Virus record (IMG/VR): IMGVR_UViG_3300040786_000066
Reading direction: 5' to 3' (one strand)
Origin: a virus
Length of the DNA: 64,000 bases
In this document: piece by piece, positions 19,807-32,151 of the stretch
How the letters are laid out: each line of letters starts with the position of its first letter
How positions within the stretch are numbered: position 1 is the stretch's first letter
The notes under the pieces: model-generated
Database searches by the model: none
Seen by the model: the letters and a program-made list of their open reading frames with translations, nothing else
What the model was told of the DNA's origin: nothing
Position numbers and translations under genes: made by a program

Positions 19807-20339
19807 TATTTTAACAACTAAATATATGGCACAAGAAAAGAACGTTGCCTGCATTTGTCCTAGTATTATGATCTACAACGAGTGGGTCAGAGAAAACGCA
19901 GTAAAGGAGAGCAATATATCTGGGTCTATAATGAAGACAAAATCAGAGGACTACGCTTCCATAGACTAGTTAAGTTATTTAAATATTGGACAATAAAAGA
20001 TATAGATAGAATATTGAGGTTTATTATAATAGACCCTCAAGATGTCGAGATTCAATAGTAATCTCATATAATTTAATAAGAACAATATGAAAGCGTATCA
20101 AATAAACATCGCCCCTAGAACTGGAGTCGGTATGGGATTTGTGACTGTTGGAGAAAACGAGAACCACGCTCTTGCAGAGTTCTCAAAGTCTCTTAGGGAT
20201 TCCATCAAGATAATCAACGCCAAAATAGCGTGCGGACCTGAATGTAATATATCAATACACGAAAGCCAAAAGAGCGCAATGTAGAGATCCTTAGAACACT
20301 TAGAAAACCAGGTAGGCTTGCTTTCCAAAAAACGACTTC

Positions 20340-20545
20340 TATAGGCCAAACTCTTGGCCTAAGGTTACAGTAACAGAGATTACCCGTACAATCACAACAT
20401 CGTACGTGAAAGAAGTTTGGCTCGGAAACTAGTATCTACAAGTAGGAGGGAACAAACCTACAAACCAGAACTAGTAACCTATGAGCCAAGTGCAGGTGTC
20501 GCGGTGGATTATGTCTGATAGACTAGATCGCGACCGGCCTGCTAG
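20340..20545 (+). ncRNA. candidate structured RNA (unassigned)
   Basis: TTGGCTC/GAGCCAA enclosing ACTAG/CTAGT and GTAGG/CCTAC; GCAGG/CCTGC enclosing GTCGCGGT/ATCGCGAC. Confidence 0.45.
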
Positions 20546-20763
20546 TATTCAACTAACAACTAGCAACAATGAAAACAAAGCTAATCGACTTCATCCCTTT
20601 TACGGAATACGTACGTATGGTGGAAGGCTTATAAAAGCACAAAGATCCATAACGATAAAGGAGCAACAGATAGACCAAGCTCTTATGATTTACCATGTGG
20701 TAGTTAGTATAGTACTAATAGAAATTGTCATAGAAATGGTAAAACAACTAACAACTTAACATT

Positions 20764-22428
20764 ATGAAATCACTACATTTTGGACAGATGGTGAGTCTAT
20801 GACTCGTCTGTTACTCGATTTTACCAATCAGGTGAGTTCCATAAAGTGGAGCAAATCTTAATTGATGCAGGGCTAAATGAAAATCAAATACGCATGTCTT
20901 TTGAATTAAAGCTGCAACTTACAGGAACTACAAAAACGGTGCTTTTATGGAATGTAATTTCTTAGAAAAAAGTCCGGAAGAATTTGTAGAATTATTTTAT
21001 TCCGATTGCTTTCCGCAATAGGCTGCCAAGCAGACTATGACGACACTTTCGAAGCAATAGTGATGAAAGAGCACGACAAAGACAAAAATATCCTCACAAT
21101 ACTCAAATATTTTTCTATAGATTGGATCAAGAAAACATGCTGGAAAGAAATTGTAAACCTGGCTGGGTATGAAGTGACTACCCTTATAGAAGCGGTAGAG
21201 GCAAGCGACAATTCCATATCAGGCATGCTTCTAGCAACAGGAGAATTTGTACAGTGCGGTTATCAAAGTCATATGGCATTATTTCCATTGCTTAAAACTG
21301 CAAGAGTAGCTTCAGGTGAAAACTCTTTAAGTCTGATGCTTTATCTGTATCTTCTAACTTACTTACTGGCTCTATGGCGTATTGCCTCCAGTCACAAAGT
21401 TTTTCAGAAGAGAAATACTTGCTGACCAACAGTCAAGTAGCAGAACTCTGGAAAATCAGAGAGCACAAATTTAAACACTATTCCAATACTAACAGAAATG
21501 AGAGCGTTACTGCTCAACTCCTCGGTTATTTTAGTTATAAAAAGGTTTGGGTGGAAAATTTGGTGGCCTTGAGTTTCTAGCAAATTTTATCCTGAAGTAG
21601 CATTAGCCAATTACGCAAGAACTCCAAATAAAGACTGGAAAGCTATGTTAGTCAGAACTTCGCCTAAAGAATCCATGCCCGGACTTCTCAACAGTATAAA
21701 AGCAGAAACAGAAGAAGAAACATATTCTGCAGTTTCCAAGATAATTTCAGACTTCAAAGTACACATGAACGTTATACGTAACAACGAAATTTATTGGTTT
21801 TCCAAGAATTTATAGAAGGGCAAAATGGAGTAGTCAATTGTCTTGAAAGACCTAAATGGGAGCAACCTAGAAACCTTTCTGCAGAATATACAGCCACACT
21901 CAAGTATGACATACAGATAGCCTGCTCTACAGTGCAAGGAAATATTGTTATAGGGCATACTACCAATTATGAAGTAGGACCTGAAAATGCACAGTATTTA
22001 AGAAGACTTTCAAGAAAACTGGCAGCAGACCTAAACAGCGACATTCAGCTTGAATTTGTTATAGATAAAAAAGGTACAGTAAAAATAGTACAGTTACGCG
22101 TGCTAAAAACAAAGCTGTAAGCAACTTTCAAATTAAAAGAAATTTTAGAAGATGCTTTAGTAATAGGCACAACATTCTGCAGTCCTACGTACGGCGCCAA
22201 CATACAACTAGAGCTAGACGACATTCTTATAGTGGAGCAAGATTGTTCTTCTGAAATGCTGATAAGTAAAAAAGCTTTGATTGTAGAAAACCACACTAAC
22301 TTTTCGCATATTCTTGCCCTGTCCAAAGCTTTAAACATTCCTTCAATTTACGGGACAGGCAAAATTATTCTAGGAGGAAAACCCTCTTTAGATTTAACAC
22401 AGAGTACGAAACAGGATACATAAAATAA
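20764..22428 (+). CDS. PEP-synthase/PPDK-like ATP-grasp plus swivelling phospho-His domain protein (multiple indels)
   Basis: GGKFGGL, LVRTSPKESMPGLL, VFQEFIEG and DIQLEFVID..KIVQLR (ATP-grasp); ALIVENHTNFSHILALSKALNIPSIYG (His domain). Confidence 0.7.
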
Positions 22429-23936
22429 AATAATTATGGAAGTAAAGCTAATTAAAGTAGAAGGCTGTGTAGTCGGCTGGTCTATGGAAGGAGAAAACCT
22501 TGAAGAAATGAAAAACTAGGGGCTATCAGAGACATCCAATTCTTTGGTTTTGAAGATACAGAAATAGTGTACGCAGGTAGAAAAGGCGGTGACTATGTAA
22601 CAGATCCTGGAGTGTTGTCTTGGAAACAAAAAAAGCACGACACTAGCTCCCCAAAAAAATAATGAAAAGCTAGAAGCTACAATAACAGTAGATAACTTAG
22701 TGTCGACCATGAAAACATCAATGCCATCAGAGAAGATCCTAAGAGAACGAATGAAATATTTCGTGCTGCAGGATTTTAGAGGGTATATTGTATACTAGGG
22801 AGGCTAGTACCAGGCAAACAACTTGTCTTTAAAAATATCACTTATGTGGAGATTGGATGGATAGGCCAGAAAAGAATAAAGACCAGAGAACAAACCTACA
22901 TGGAGCTGATGGTAGAAATGATGGAAGAATTCATCAAAGAACTCACTTAATAAATTGACTTATGGAAAAAGAAGTAAATGTTAGAACATACACATACGCT
23001 CAACTAGACTGTAAATATGATGCACTATGTTTAAAAGATAAAAATACAGTGCTTAGAGGAGCTTTAGAATACATGCAGCAGTACAACGGTAGGACTATAA
23101 AACATGCATTTTCATGGCTATGGGCTATGAGGATTGCGTAGGGAAGGAGAATACATAAAAGTAATAGACCATGGGTAACATACAAGAACTGGAAAACAGC
23201 TGGCTGAGGCAAAAGCTGAAGAAAAGAGAAAAGAGCTTCAAACCTTGACAGAAAACCTCATCTCTAAATACCAAGGAAAGCTTACGGGAGTCACAGTTTC
23301 GAAAGAAAAACAGATCAGCGTACGCTTCAGCTGTGTTTTATGAAAAGTTCTGGGTTACAGGCAATACGATAACAGTATTGAAATGGAACATATCCTTTTG
23401 CAGAGCAGGAAGAAATTACAAATTCTCAAGTGATAAGCTGTCTTTGACAGAAACAAAACTGAGGTATCCTCACAGGAGAACGGCTATAGTTTTGAGCACA
23501 ATTTAATAAGTTCAGGCGCCTATGGTAGGGACAAAGAAATGTCCGTAAACAAATTCATGCAACTTTGGGAGTACGGATATTTTGTGGTACAAGAACTAGA
23601 CAACGTATACACAAAACTGTGGGACAGCCGTGGGACTTGACTAGAATGGGCACAGCAACCGATGAACTAAAGTTAGATATAGCTATAAAAGCCACTGGTA
23701 TTGATGTTATAGATATAACAGAAGACTACAAGGTATTCAACGTACTCAAGTATTGTCAGTTACCGTTCTTTCAAGAACAGAAGTATCTGCCTAGAATATT
23801 CGCAGTAAAAATACTCGAATATCAGATATCCAAAATGAAGGAGGATATGGCACATCCATTCTCTACACGCACAGAACACACACGTGGAGAAATTAAAATT
23901 CTAGAAGATTTTATAAAACAATTTAACTCTTACATC

Positions 23937-24842
23937 ATGCAAGTAAAAACGATAAAGAAAATAATCAGTAAAAAAATGATCGACTGGTTAGAAACTATTC
24001 CCAACGAAAAGTTGAGATCTGACGTCAAGAAAAATATCCTCGTATCAGGAGGTTGTATCACATCATTGTTTCAAGGATTACCAGTTAACGACTACGACGT
24101 ATACATTCAGGACATGGATGTTCTGATCAGACTGGCTCAGCATTATTACCCAGGAACAACTACCACAGGTGTTGATAAAGTGCTTGACGGAAGAAAACGT
24201 GAGGACTATCTTAACAATATACAGAGCTCTTTTGAAATTGACGATAACGAATCTGAAGAAGCAGTTCGCTACAAAACACTTAAACTAGATCAAGTCAAAT
24301 TGAACATAAGTTCGATAGGAATGAAAAAAGAGCTGATTGAAGGTAAAAAATACCAGGTTGCTTTCTTTTCCCAAAATGCTATCTCCCTTACAGAAGATTT
24401 GCAGATTGTATTAAGATTCAGTGGTAACGTTACTCAAATTCACAAAACTTTCGATTTCGTGCATGCCACTAACTATTTCACCTTTGAGGAAGGATTAGTT
24501 ACAAACGTAGCAGCACTAGAAAGCATATTGACAAAGTCTTTGAGATACCAGGGATCCTTATATCCTCTTACCTCTGTAATACGTATGAAGAAATTCATAC
24601 AACGTGGTTGGACCGTAAACGCGGGAGAAATCCTTAAGATGTTGTTCCAAGTGTCTGAGTTAGACCTAAAAAACATAGAGGTGCTAGAAGAGCAGCTTAT
24701 AGGAGTTGACGTAGCTTATTTTTCGCTACTGATAACAGTGCTAAGAGATACTGAAGGAAAGCTTACCGCTCATCATTTATCTGAATTGATAGACAAGGTA
24801 TTCAATGAATACGAAGAGCCGGTTGACGAAGAAGTTAAATAA
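23937..24842 (+). CDS. phage nucleotidyltransferase (Pol-beta superfamily, poly(A) polymerase/CCA-enzyme-like head)
   Basis: ILVSGGCITSL...NDYDVY and FDFVHATNYF...R..KF..RGW motifs. The ORF track starts at 23565; the likely start is MQVKT. Confidence 0.75.
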   Translation: MQVKTIKKIISKKMIDWLETIPNEKLRSDVKKNILVSGGCITSLFQGLPVNDYDVYIQDMDVLIRLAQHYYPGTTTTGVDKVLDGRKREDYLNNIQSSFEIDDNESEEAVRYKTLKLDQVKLNISSIGMKKELIEGKKYQVAFFSQNAISLTEDLQIVLRFSGNVTQIHKTFDFVHATNYFTFEEGLVTNVAALESILTKSLRYQGSLYPLTSVIRMKKFIQRGWTVNAGEILKMLFQVSELDLKNIEVLEEQLIGVDVAYFSLLITVLRDTEGKLTAHHLSELIDKVFNEYEEPVDEEVK

Positions 24843-24857
24843 TTAAAGCATAAAAAA

Positions 24858-25615
24858 ATGAATTATTACTTAGACACGGAATTCATAGAAGGACAACAAT
24901 CTTTACGCCTTTTCGGAATACCTACAAAATCCCTTCCCACCATAGATCTGATATCGATAGGAATAGTGTCCCAAGATGGCAGAGAATATTACGCAGTTTC
25001 AAAGACTTTAATCTTAAAGAAGCGTGGAATAGAAATCAAAAGAGATCACGGAACTGCGTATAACTCGTATGGCGAAAAGCTTCAGGTAAAAGAATTCTGG
25101 ATACGGGAAAACGTGCTCAAACCGATATGGAGAGTTTGTTGCAAAAGAAACTTTAGATATTGTAAATACCGTGCTGAGCAATGGAGCCGCAGTGGCTGAT
25201 GTCAACATGGATTTTAACAGAAAAACTTTCGAAAAATTACTGCTCAAGCACGGAAAATCCAATCAGGAAATAGCAAAAGAAATAAATGACTTTTGTTCTG
25301 GTCCTAATGTACAGTTCTACTCTTACTTTGGAAGCTATGATTGGGTGGCTTTCTGTTGGTTATTTGGAAAGATGATCAATTTACCAAAACACTTGCCAAG
25401 ATATTGCAGAGACTTAAAACAGATTCTTGACGATAAAGCCGAAGCACTGGCAATGAGAATAGCTTACGAAAGTGGAAATCACACGGTATGGACCAATGAA
25501 AGATGCTTAGCAGACTTAAAAGTCATAGAGATTACCCCAAAAAACAAATGATCATATTGCTATAAGCGATGCAAAATGGAATAAAGAACTACATAAATTC
25601 CTTGAGACTAACTAA
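24858..25615 (+). CDS. DEDDh 3'-5' exoribonuclease, Rv2179c-like (indel-split)
   Basis: YYLDTEFIE, LISIGIVS.DGREYYAV, YFGSYDWVAFCWLFG.M..LP and H.AISDAKW motifs. Confidence 0.8.
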
Positions 25616-26173
25616 TTAATCAAGTGAGGTTTTCACAGGCAAAAGCGACAAACTGTAAAGCACGCTTTTACTCACTTTTAATTTAAATATTATTTATATG
25701 TCAAAAGCACTAAAAGAGAAAACACCTCTATTTTTGGACACACACATGTGTTCACAGGGTATCAGGGATCTGTACCCTATCTAAAGCCTAAGAAAGGCGC
25801 TGTAGATAATACAGGTAGACATCATGTAGGTCTATACGGAACTTGTGATGTATGCGACAAAGAATTTTATTAGCACATGTTCACATAGATGATTTGACTG
25901 GTAAATTGTTTAACTAAATAAAACCAAATACTATGGCAGATAAAAGAATACATGCTACAATTGCATACACTCCGGTGATAATGACAATATGAACTCTGCT
26001 CACATCCACTGCAAATTGTTTTGGAGAGCTGGACATAGTTCGCGTAGCGAGCAACCAAAAGGAAATGAAAACGCAATCAAAACGGGTGGTATGACTTTCC
26101 GTATAACTTCGACCCAGTATGGATGGAAGAAGATTGCAAGTATCACACAATTAAACCCTCTAAAATTTAAAAC

Positions 26174-26562
26174 ATGGAAATTACAAGAAAAGACCCTTTC
26201 ACGGGTGACATCAATACGCATAATTTGAACATCACAGGAGAAGAAATGACCCTCTGGGAAAAAGAAATACCTATATTCAAGATGCTTTTCCTAATCTTAC
26301 TGGAGACGAAAGAGAGTTTGTTAAAACAGGAATCAATATAGGAACGTTTGATGCTTTGTTTGAAGATGAAGACGAGGATGAAGATGAGGATGAAGATCTT
26401 TCTGACGACGAGTACCTTAGAATAAAATCTGGAGTAGGTAGGGATATGTACGATGAAGATGATGATGAAAATGATGATGAAGATGATGAAGACGATTGTC
26501 ATGAGTTTGACGATATGATGAGGTTGGCTAAAATACTGGCTGCAGAGTTATGTTGTGCATGA
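26174..26562 (+). CDS. protein with D/E-rich low-complexity C-terminus (indel-split)
   Basis: EDEDEDEDEDEDL...DEDDDENDDEDDEDD tract. Confidence 0.55.
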
Positions 26563-28859
26563 TGGCCATGGGAGAAAATGATCACGATTACGATATAGCG
26601 CTAGATTGGTTGATTGATAACGGGCATTATACACCTGAAAACAGCTAAGTAAATGATTAAGAAGCCGCCCCCCTTTTACCGGAAAAGAAAAGCCTAAGGA
26701 TGATAAACCAAATTTACCTATAGATTTTGGAGTTAATTACGCTATTGTAATTGCAGTTATACTTGCTTTTGTATCCATGTTTAAGCCTGAAATATCAGCT
26801 TTAAAAGAGCGTATTAAAATAAACTTTAAAAAATAAGAACATGACTAAGCAAGATCCCGCATCAACTTATACAACTGCAAAGTTCATGAGTGAGTTATCT
26901 GGTATACCAATGAACTACGAGGAGAAGTATCCTACGCTAAATTCGATGTGCTATTCTACCAAACACAAACCACCAAAAGAAAAGTAATTTTCCCAGCGGC
27001 TTATATAAAAGTGGTGACAGAATCAGGCGATATAGTAGAATACTATTCAGAGAACAGCCGCTTCGACCAGAAAGGAATTGTGGCTAAAGAGTTCATAGTA
27101 ACCAGACAAAGAGCGCTAGTTGATTTCAATGTTGAATTTGCTGTAGTTGGTAAATATAAAGACTGCGAAGGAGGGCTGGTACTCTATGGTACCGCTTTAC
27201 AAAATTAAAGATCACGATTTTTATTTCATTTAAAATATAAAACAATGGATAACACAATTAAAAAACACACACCTAAGAAAAAAGCAGAGATTTGGTCAGA
27301 TGAAGAAAAACAAAAGCTATGGTATCTTTATTTAGATAACTCTGATCTTTCTTGCTTAGATCTAGCCGAGAAAGTTAAAGGGTCTTTCATAACAGAACTG
27401 AGAACGCAATAACAGCAATGATATACAATCTTAAGCAAGCAAGCGAGCCCTCGCTCATAAAAGCAAACAATTTATCAGAAAGTGACGTTAAGAAAATAGT
27501 ACTTGAGTGGTATACTAATGGCATGTTTGCTGACATACTTCAGGACGAATACGGAAGAGATCTAGAAGAGATATTACAAGAAGAACCAAAACAGCTGAAG
27601 AACTATTAAAACAGCTATGGATATTATCACTGATTTAGAAAAGTTTGCAAACAAAAAAATTAAAAATGAGATAAAAGACTTTTGTAGACGCAGATATTTG
27701 GATCTTTAAAGAAGGAGATATATAATGGGAGGATTTGCAAAGATATGATACAAGGAAGAACATGCTCGCATTGCGGGATTATGTTTGAAAAAGAGCACGG
27801 TCATCCAGTGCTATGTAACGCCTGCTATTTTGAAGCGGACGATGAAGACAAGAAAATCTACGTGAAAGCCACGGAGAAAGAACTATAAAACAAGTACCAT
27901 GACAATAAACCTGATCACTAAAAAGAATGTAAATTTCTTTTGATTCTTATAAAAAACACCCTGCATTAACGCTGCAAAATCAAGGCTACGAAAAATAAAC
28001 AGGGATAAACTAAGTGATTTAGATAAAGCTAAGATAAAAGAAATCGAAGCTTTATTAGGTAAATCTATCGTCGGATTCAGTAGCTTTCAAAACTTTAAAC
28101 TGAGCACAAAAAATAAAGTAGGCCTAAGGTTTCAATATAATTACGATGCTGATTATGAAGGCGGTGGAAACAAAATATACTTTATAGGTGTAGGCTACAT
28201 ATTAGTAAATGAGCTCTTAGTAGGGTTCAAACCTGCTCCAAAACAAAAATTAAAAGAACCCACTAAATAAGGAATCAATGGATCAAAAGAAGATTTAATC
28301 AGCCAACACGACACTCTAAAAAAAGCGTACGACGAAGCTATAGCTCAAAACAAGCTTATATTCGAGGTAAAAGGAAACCTATTTGGTGGCATATGCTAAG
28401 TACAGACTGGAATATTACCAGACATTGATTAACCCAAAGACTAAGGAAGTTAAGGACATTGACATGGATTTCAAAAAAGAATCAGAGTAATGATAACACT
28501 TTCAGCAGGCTACGAACCAATAAAATAACACTTATGAATAAAAGCAGCTGTTCCAACATGAGGATGATAGACAGAGAAAAGACTTGCTGTAGAAAAGTGA
28601 ACCAAAGTGAAGGCAGATACGTTTATAACGTAAAAGTGTGCGGCAAAGCAGCTCCCTATACAAATAACGGTACTCACTTTTATTGTAGGCAACATTCCAA
28701 GATAGGCAGATTTGTCATCAGAAACGGAAATGTCGGTGAAATACTGGCACGCTTCAACACAGAAGAGCAGGTAAGAGCTGCTTTTCCTGATTACCCAGGC
28801 ATGCGAATGCAAAAGATTACCCTTCACACAGAAAAGATATTCACTAAAAACTAGTAAAC

Positions 28860-29589
28860 ATGAAAAACATACACGTGTTACAGACTGCCCAACCGAGCAG
28901 GCTGTTTTATTTCAATAATGAATTGAGGCTGGAACACAACACTGTTGAAAGAAAGACAAACCAGAACATCTACATCACTTCTGATGAAAAAATTAAAAAG
29001 GAGATTGTTTCATAGAAAACGGAAAGTATATTTTCAACGGAAGTTCCTCACCAGTATCAGATACTTTTATACCAAGAAGGAATCAAAAATCATCCTAACA
29101 ACAGACCAAAACTTAATCAAAGAGAGTGCAAGCCATTAATGATGAGTTTCTGGAGTGGTTCGTAAAGAATCCAAGTTGTGAGGAGGTGGAGGTACTTCAT
29201 CAAGATGTTTATTCTATGGGTAAATGGGATAGAAGAAGTAACATAATCATTCCAAAGAAACGCCTAAACAAAACCTAGAAAAGGATATGTTTGAATTAGA
29301 ACAGGAACTTGACATACCATCCCATTTAAGATTTCACAATTCTAAGCAAGAAACGCTTGAGGAAGCCGCACAATCCCACTTGTCAAAAGTAGCTGACGGT
29401 AAAAGAACAACCGGATATGCTGATGAAGACTTCATTGCGGGAGCTATATGGCAACAGCAAAGAAGCTACACAGAAGAAGAAATGAAGCTGTTTGCAAGAA
29501 GCTACTTCAGAGAAATTAAATTAGACACAACTAACACATTGTGGAGCGACCTTGCTGACAGGTGTTTTGAGGAATTTAAAAAAAAGTAA
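28860..29589 (+). CDS. hypothetical protein of a family I recall from Bacteroidota phages (indel-split)
   Basis: IILTTDQ.LI...VQAI.DEFLEWFVKNPSCEEVEV and KQETLEEAA motifs. Confidence 0.5.
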
Positions 29590-30854
29590 ATTGAAAACAA
29601 CCATACACTACCTTGTAGTCGGGGATCTGTTGGGAAATAATGCCAATTCGTATCATCCGACATATTTTACTACTATTGAAGAAGCTTTTGCTTGCTGGGA
29701 AAAGAGTATAAGTACAGAGATAAAAAAGATGGGTACGATGCTAAGTGGCATAAAGTTCCATTTAGAGTGCAACAAGTGATCACCAATAACCTTTGGGATA
29801 TAAATGGTGAGACATTAGTAACAGTAGTTAAGAAAGATAAATTCTCCTTAATCAGTTGGTTTGAACAATTCAAAAAAAATAAATATGGAAGCAGATAAAT
29901 TAGGAGGCTATACTGTAAAGGAATGGCGTCAGATGATAGAAGACAAGGTGGTGGCCGATATATCAGACGAAGTTCTTGAGTTCGTCAAGCCAAATATATT
30001 CGAAAGAAAAATGCTCAAAACAAAGAGGCCCGTAAAGAATCGGTTACTGAGGAACTATACTACGTAAGAAACGAAGGCTTTCTGGGCAACGCTTTATTGT
30101 GGTGGACAAAAGGCTGTAACGGCTATACCTGCGATATAAATGATGCCCACAAGTTTACGAGAGAACAAGCAGAAAAACTTGTAAAGACCTCAAGATTCAG
30201 CTTACCTTTGTACGTACATAGACGGACTAGAGAAAGCCAAAAAAGTGATAATAGATTCTCAATACGTAGATAAGTCAGAAAGATTATGGAACTAAAGTCA
30301 ATGATCGACTTTGTTTTCTATATAGGAAACTTAGACATAGCTCGTAAATCATCTCATAAAGAAATGGTTACCCTTATTTTTAATTATGCTCTGCTGCTTA
30401 AAGACAAACTATCCCTATGGATGTTTGTTCCCTGTGATAAAGACGGTAAAATAATGGAAGAACCGCAATCTATAAAAAACACATTTATTCAAAAAAGCGA
30501 TAATGGAGACTTCTTTAACCAAAAAGGTTTCTAGAATATATTGTAAATTATGACCAAGCAAAAGTAAATGCCTGTTTAAAGATTTCGATTTATGGAGAAG
30601 TGGTAACGGCTTTCTAGTAAGAAATGCATTTATAAAATACACGACGTAGAATTTGAAAATGTAACTATAGAATATCTATCTGTTCAAGGAGGTATCTATA
30701 GTACTACTCCAGCTTTATGAACAAAGTTGGCTTATAGAAGCTATAAACAAATTCATTATGGAAAAATTACAAGGTTATTTAACTGAAGTTCTTAATAAAC
30801 TAAAATAAAGTATCCCTGTTAACAAAAGATAAGGCTAAACATTAATCCTTTGAA

Positions 30855-31180
30855 GTGCCCATGCAAAATACTTATCGTTCGAACGAAGAAGATACAAGCA
30901 CCATAATTAAGATATCGGGCGAAATCCGGACGTGTAGCTTTCCTTGAGAAAGAAAGTAGAACAGAAGTAAAAGGTGTGCCAAGATAATTGAGCTGCACGC
31001 ACTACGCGAATGAGCAGCTATCCGTAAGGACGCTGAACTAGTAATAGTTTTCTCAGCAAGAATTAAGAAACTACGGGGAATCACTTGTGATGGCCGTGAG
31101 TGTAAAATACGTGACCCTACTCTTACGGCATTAAAGTAGATGTAAATCGAAAAGTACTGGTTGGTACGTGAGTAAGAAAG
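30855..31180 (+). ncRNA. candidate structured RNA (unassigned)
   Basis: AGCTGC/GCAGCT, TCC-GTAA-GGA, TAGTTT/AAACTA and GCCGTGAG/CTTACGGC helices; no + strand ORF. Confidence 0.4.
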
Positions 31181-31183
31181 AGG

Positions 31184-31489
31184 GTGCTAAACAATCTAAA
31201 ACTAAGCAACAATGAAAAAATATTATTATTAACAGTCTGTATTCAATTACTAGCATCTTGCGGTTATGCATGTATAGACACCAGTAAACTCGTGGTGATT
31301 ACCTCAATAGAATCTGCAGGGGCTAATAAGTGCGACTATTATGGCTACGGTAATTCCGGTATGACTTATAATATTTGGACTAGCGAATTGTTCAAAATGA
31401 GAGACATATGTGGTAAATTCCAAATAGGCGATACTATTACATTTACAAAAGTAAAAGCATACAAAAACACTTCTGTGAATACCAATTAG
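31184..31489 (+). CDS. putative lipoprotein/membrane protein
   Basis: Hydrophobic N-terminus with LLASC. Confidence 0.45.
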   Translation: MLNNLKLSNNEKILLLTVCIQLLASCGYACIDTSKLVVITSIESAGANKCDYYGYGNSGMTYNIWTSELFKMRDICGKFQIGDTITFTKVKAYKNTSVNTN

Positions 31490-31713
31490 AGGTGGTAAAT
31501 ATCCGCTAGTACAAACAAATTCACATAAGTAACCGGTTAAACTGAGGCCCCTTGAGGGATAGTGTAAGACTGTAGACAAGCCTCTGTGAAAGCAAGCTTC
31601 TTTAGTTATCGGATTAAACTTTTGATACGGGTCATGCAGCCCCGATACAAGACTGGAAGAAACCAGAGCTATTAAAAATTTATTTGATAAGTTCCCTCAC
31701 ATGAGGGCTTTGG

Positions 31714-31893
31714 GAGGTGATGTAACTGGCAGGCATGCCTGCGGTAATGCAGCAGGTGGTAAGGGCAATAATGAAAGTCATCAGGAATCAGGCCTGATTT
31801 TTAAGGTGATGGACAAGAATGACCCAAAAGTGAAAGCGGCAATTGTACATTACCCGTGAAAGCTCCGTGCAGGTTCGAGTCCTGCTCACCCCA
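31714..31893 (+). ncRNA. expanded tRNA-like RNA (180 nt)
   Basis: GAGGTGA/TCACCCC acceptor, GCAGG-TTCGAGT-CCTGC T-arm, A73, and internal helix GGTAATG/CATTACC. Confidence 0.7.
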
Positions 31894-32151
31894 CAAACTA
31901 CACATTGAAAAACAAACACAGTTATGATACATTAAACAGCAAGAGAAGTAGGGGCACTGAAAATTTTGTGATATAGGCATCATAATGCACTATCAAGATA
32001 ACCGGAAGCATAGATGAGGAAGGTTAAGTGCCAGGTTTGTTGAGTAAGATAAGCTCTTGTTACGTTGCTCCGAGTAGGACAGTACGTACTTGAAGGACTA
32101 AGTGAACCTTGTAGAGTAATATCCCTATCTTGAAGGATGGGTGGTTTATAA

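Noticed and set aside
23565-23936. N-terminal extension of the nucleotidyltransferase
   Set aside because: It is probably a separate upstream gene read in frame by chance or error; the recognisable family pattern begins at MQVKT (23937).
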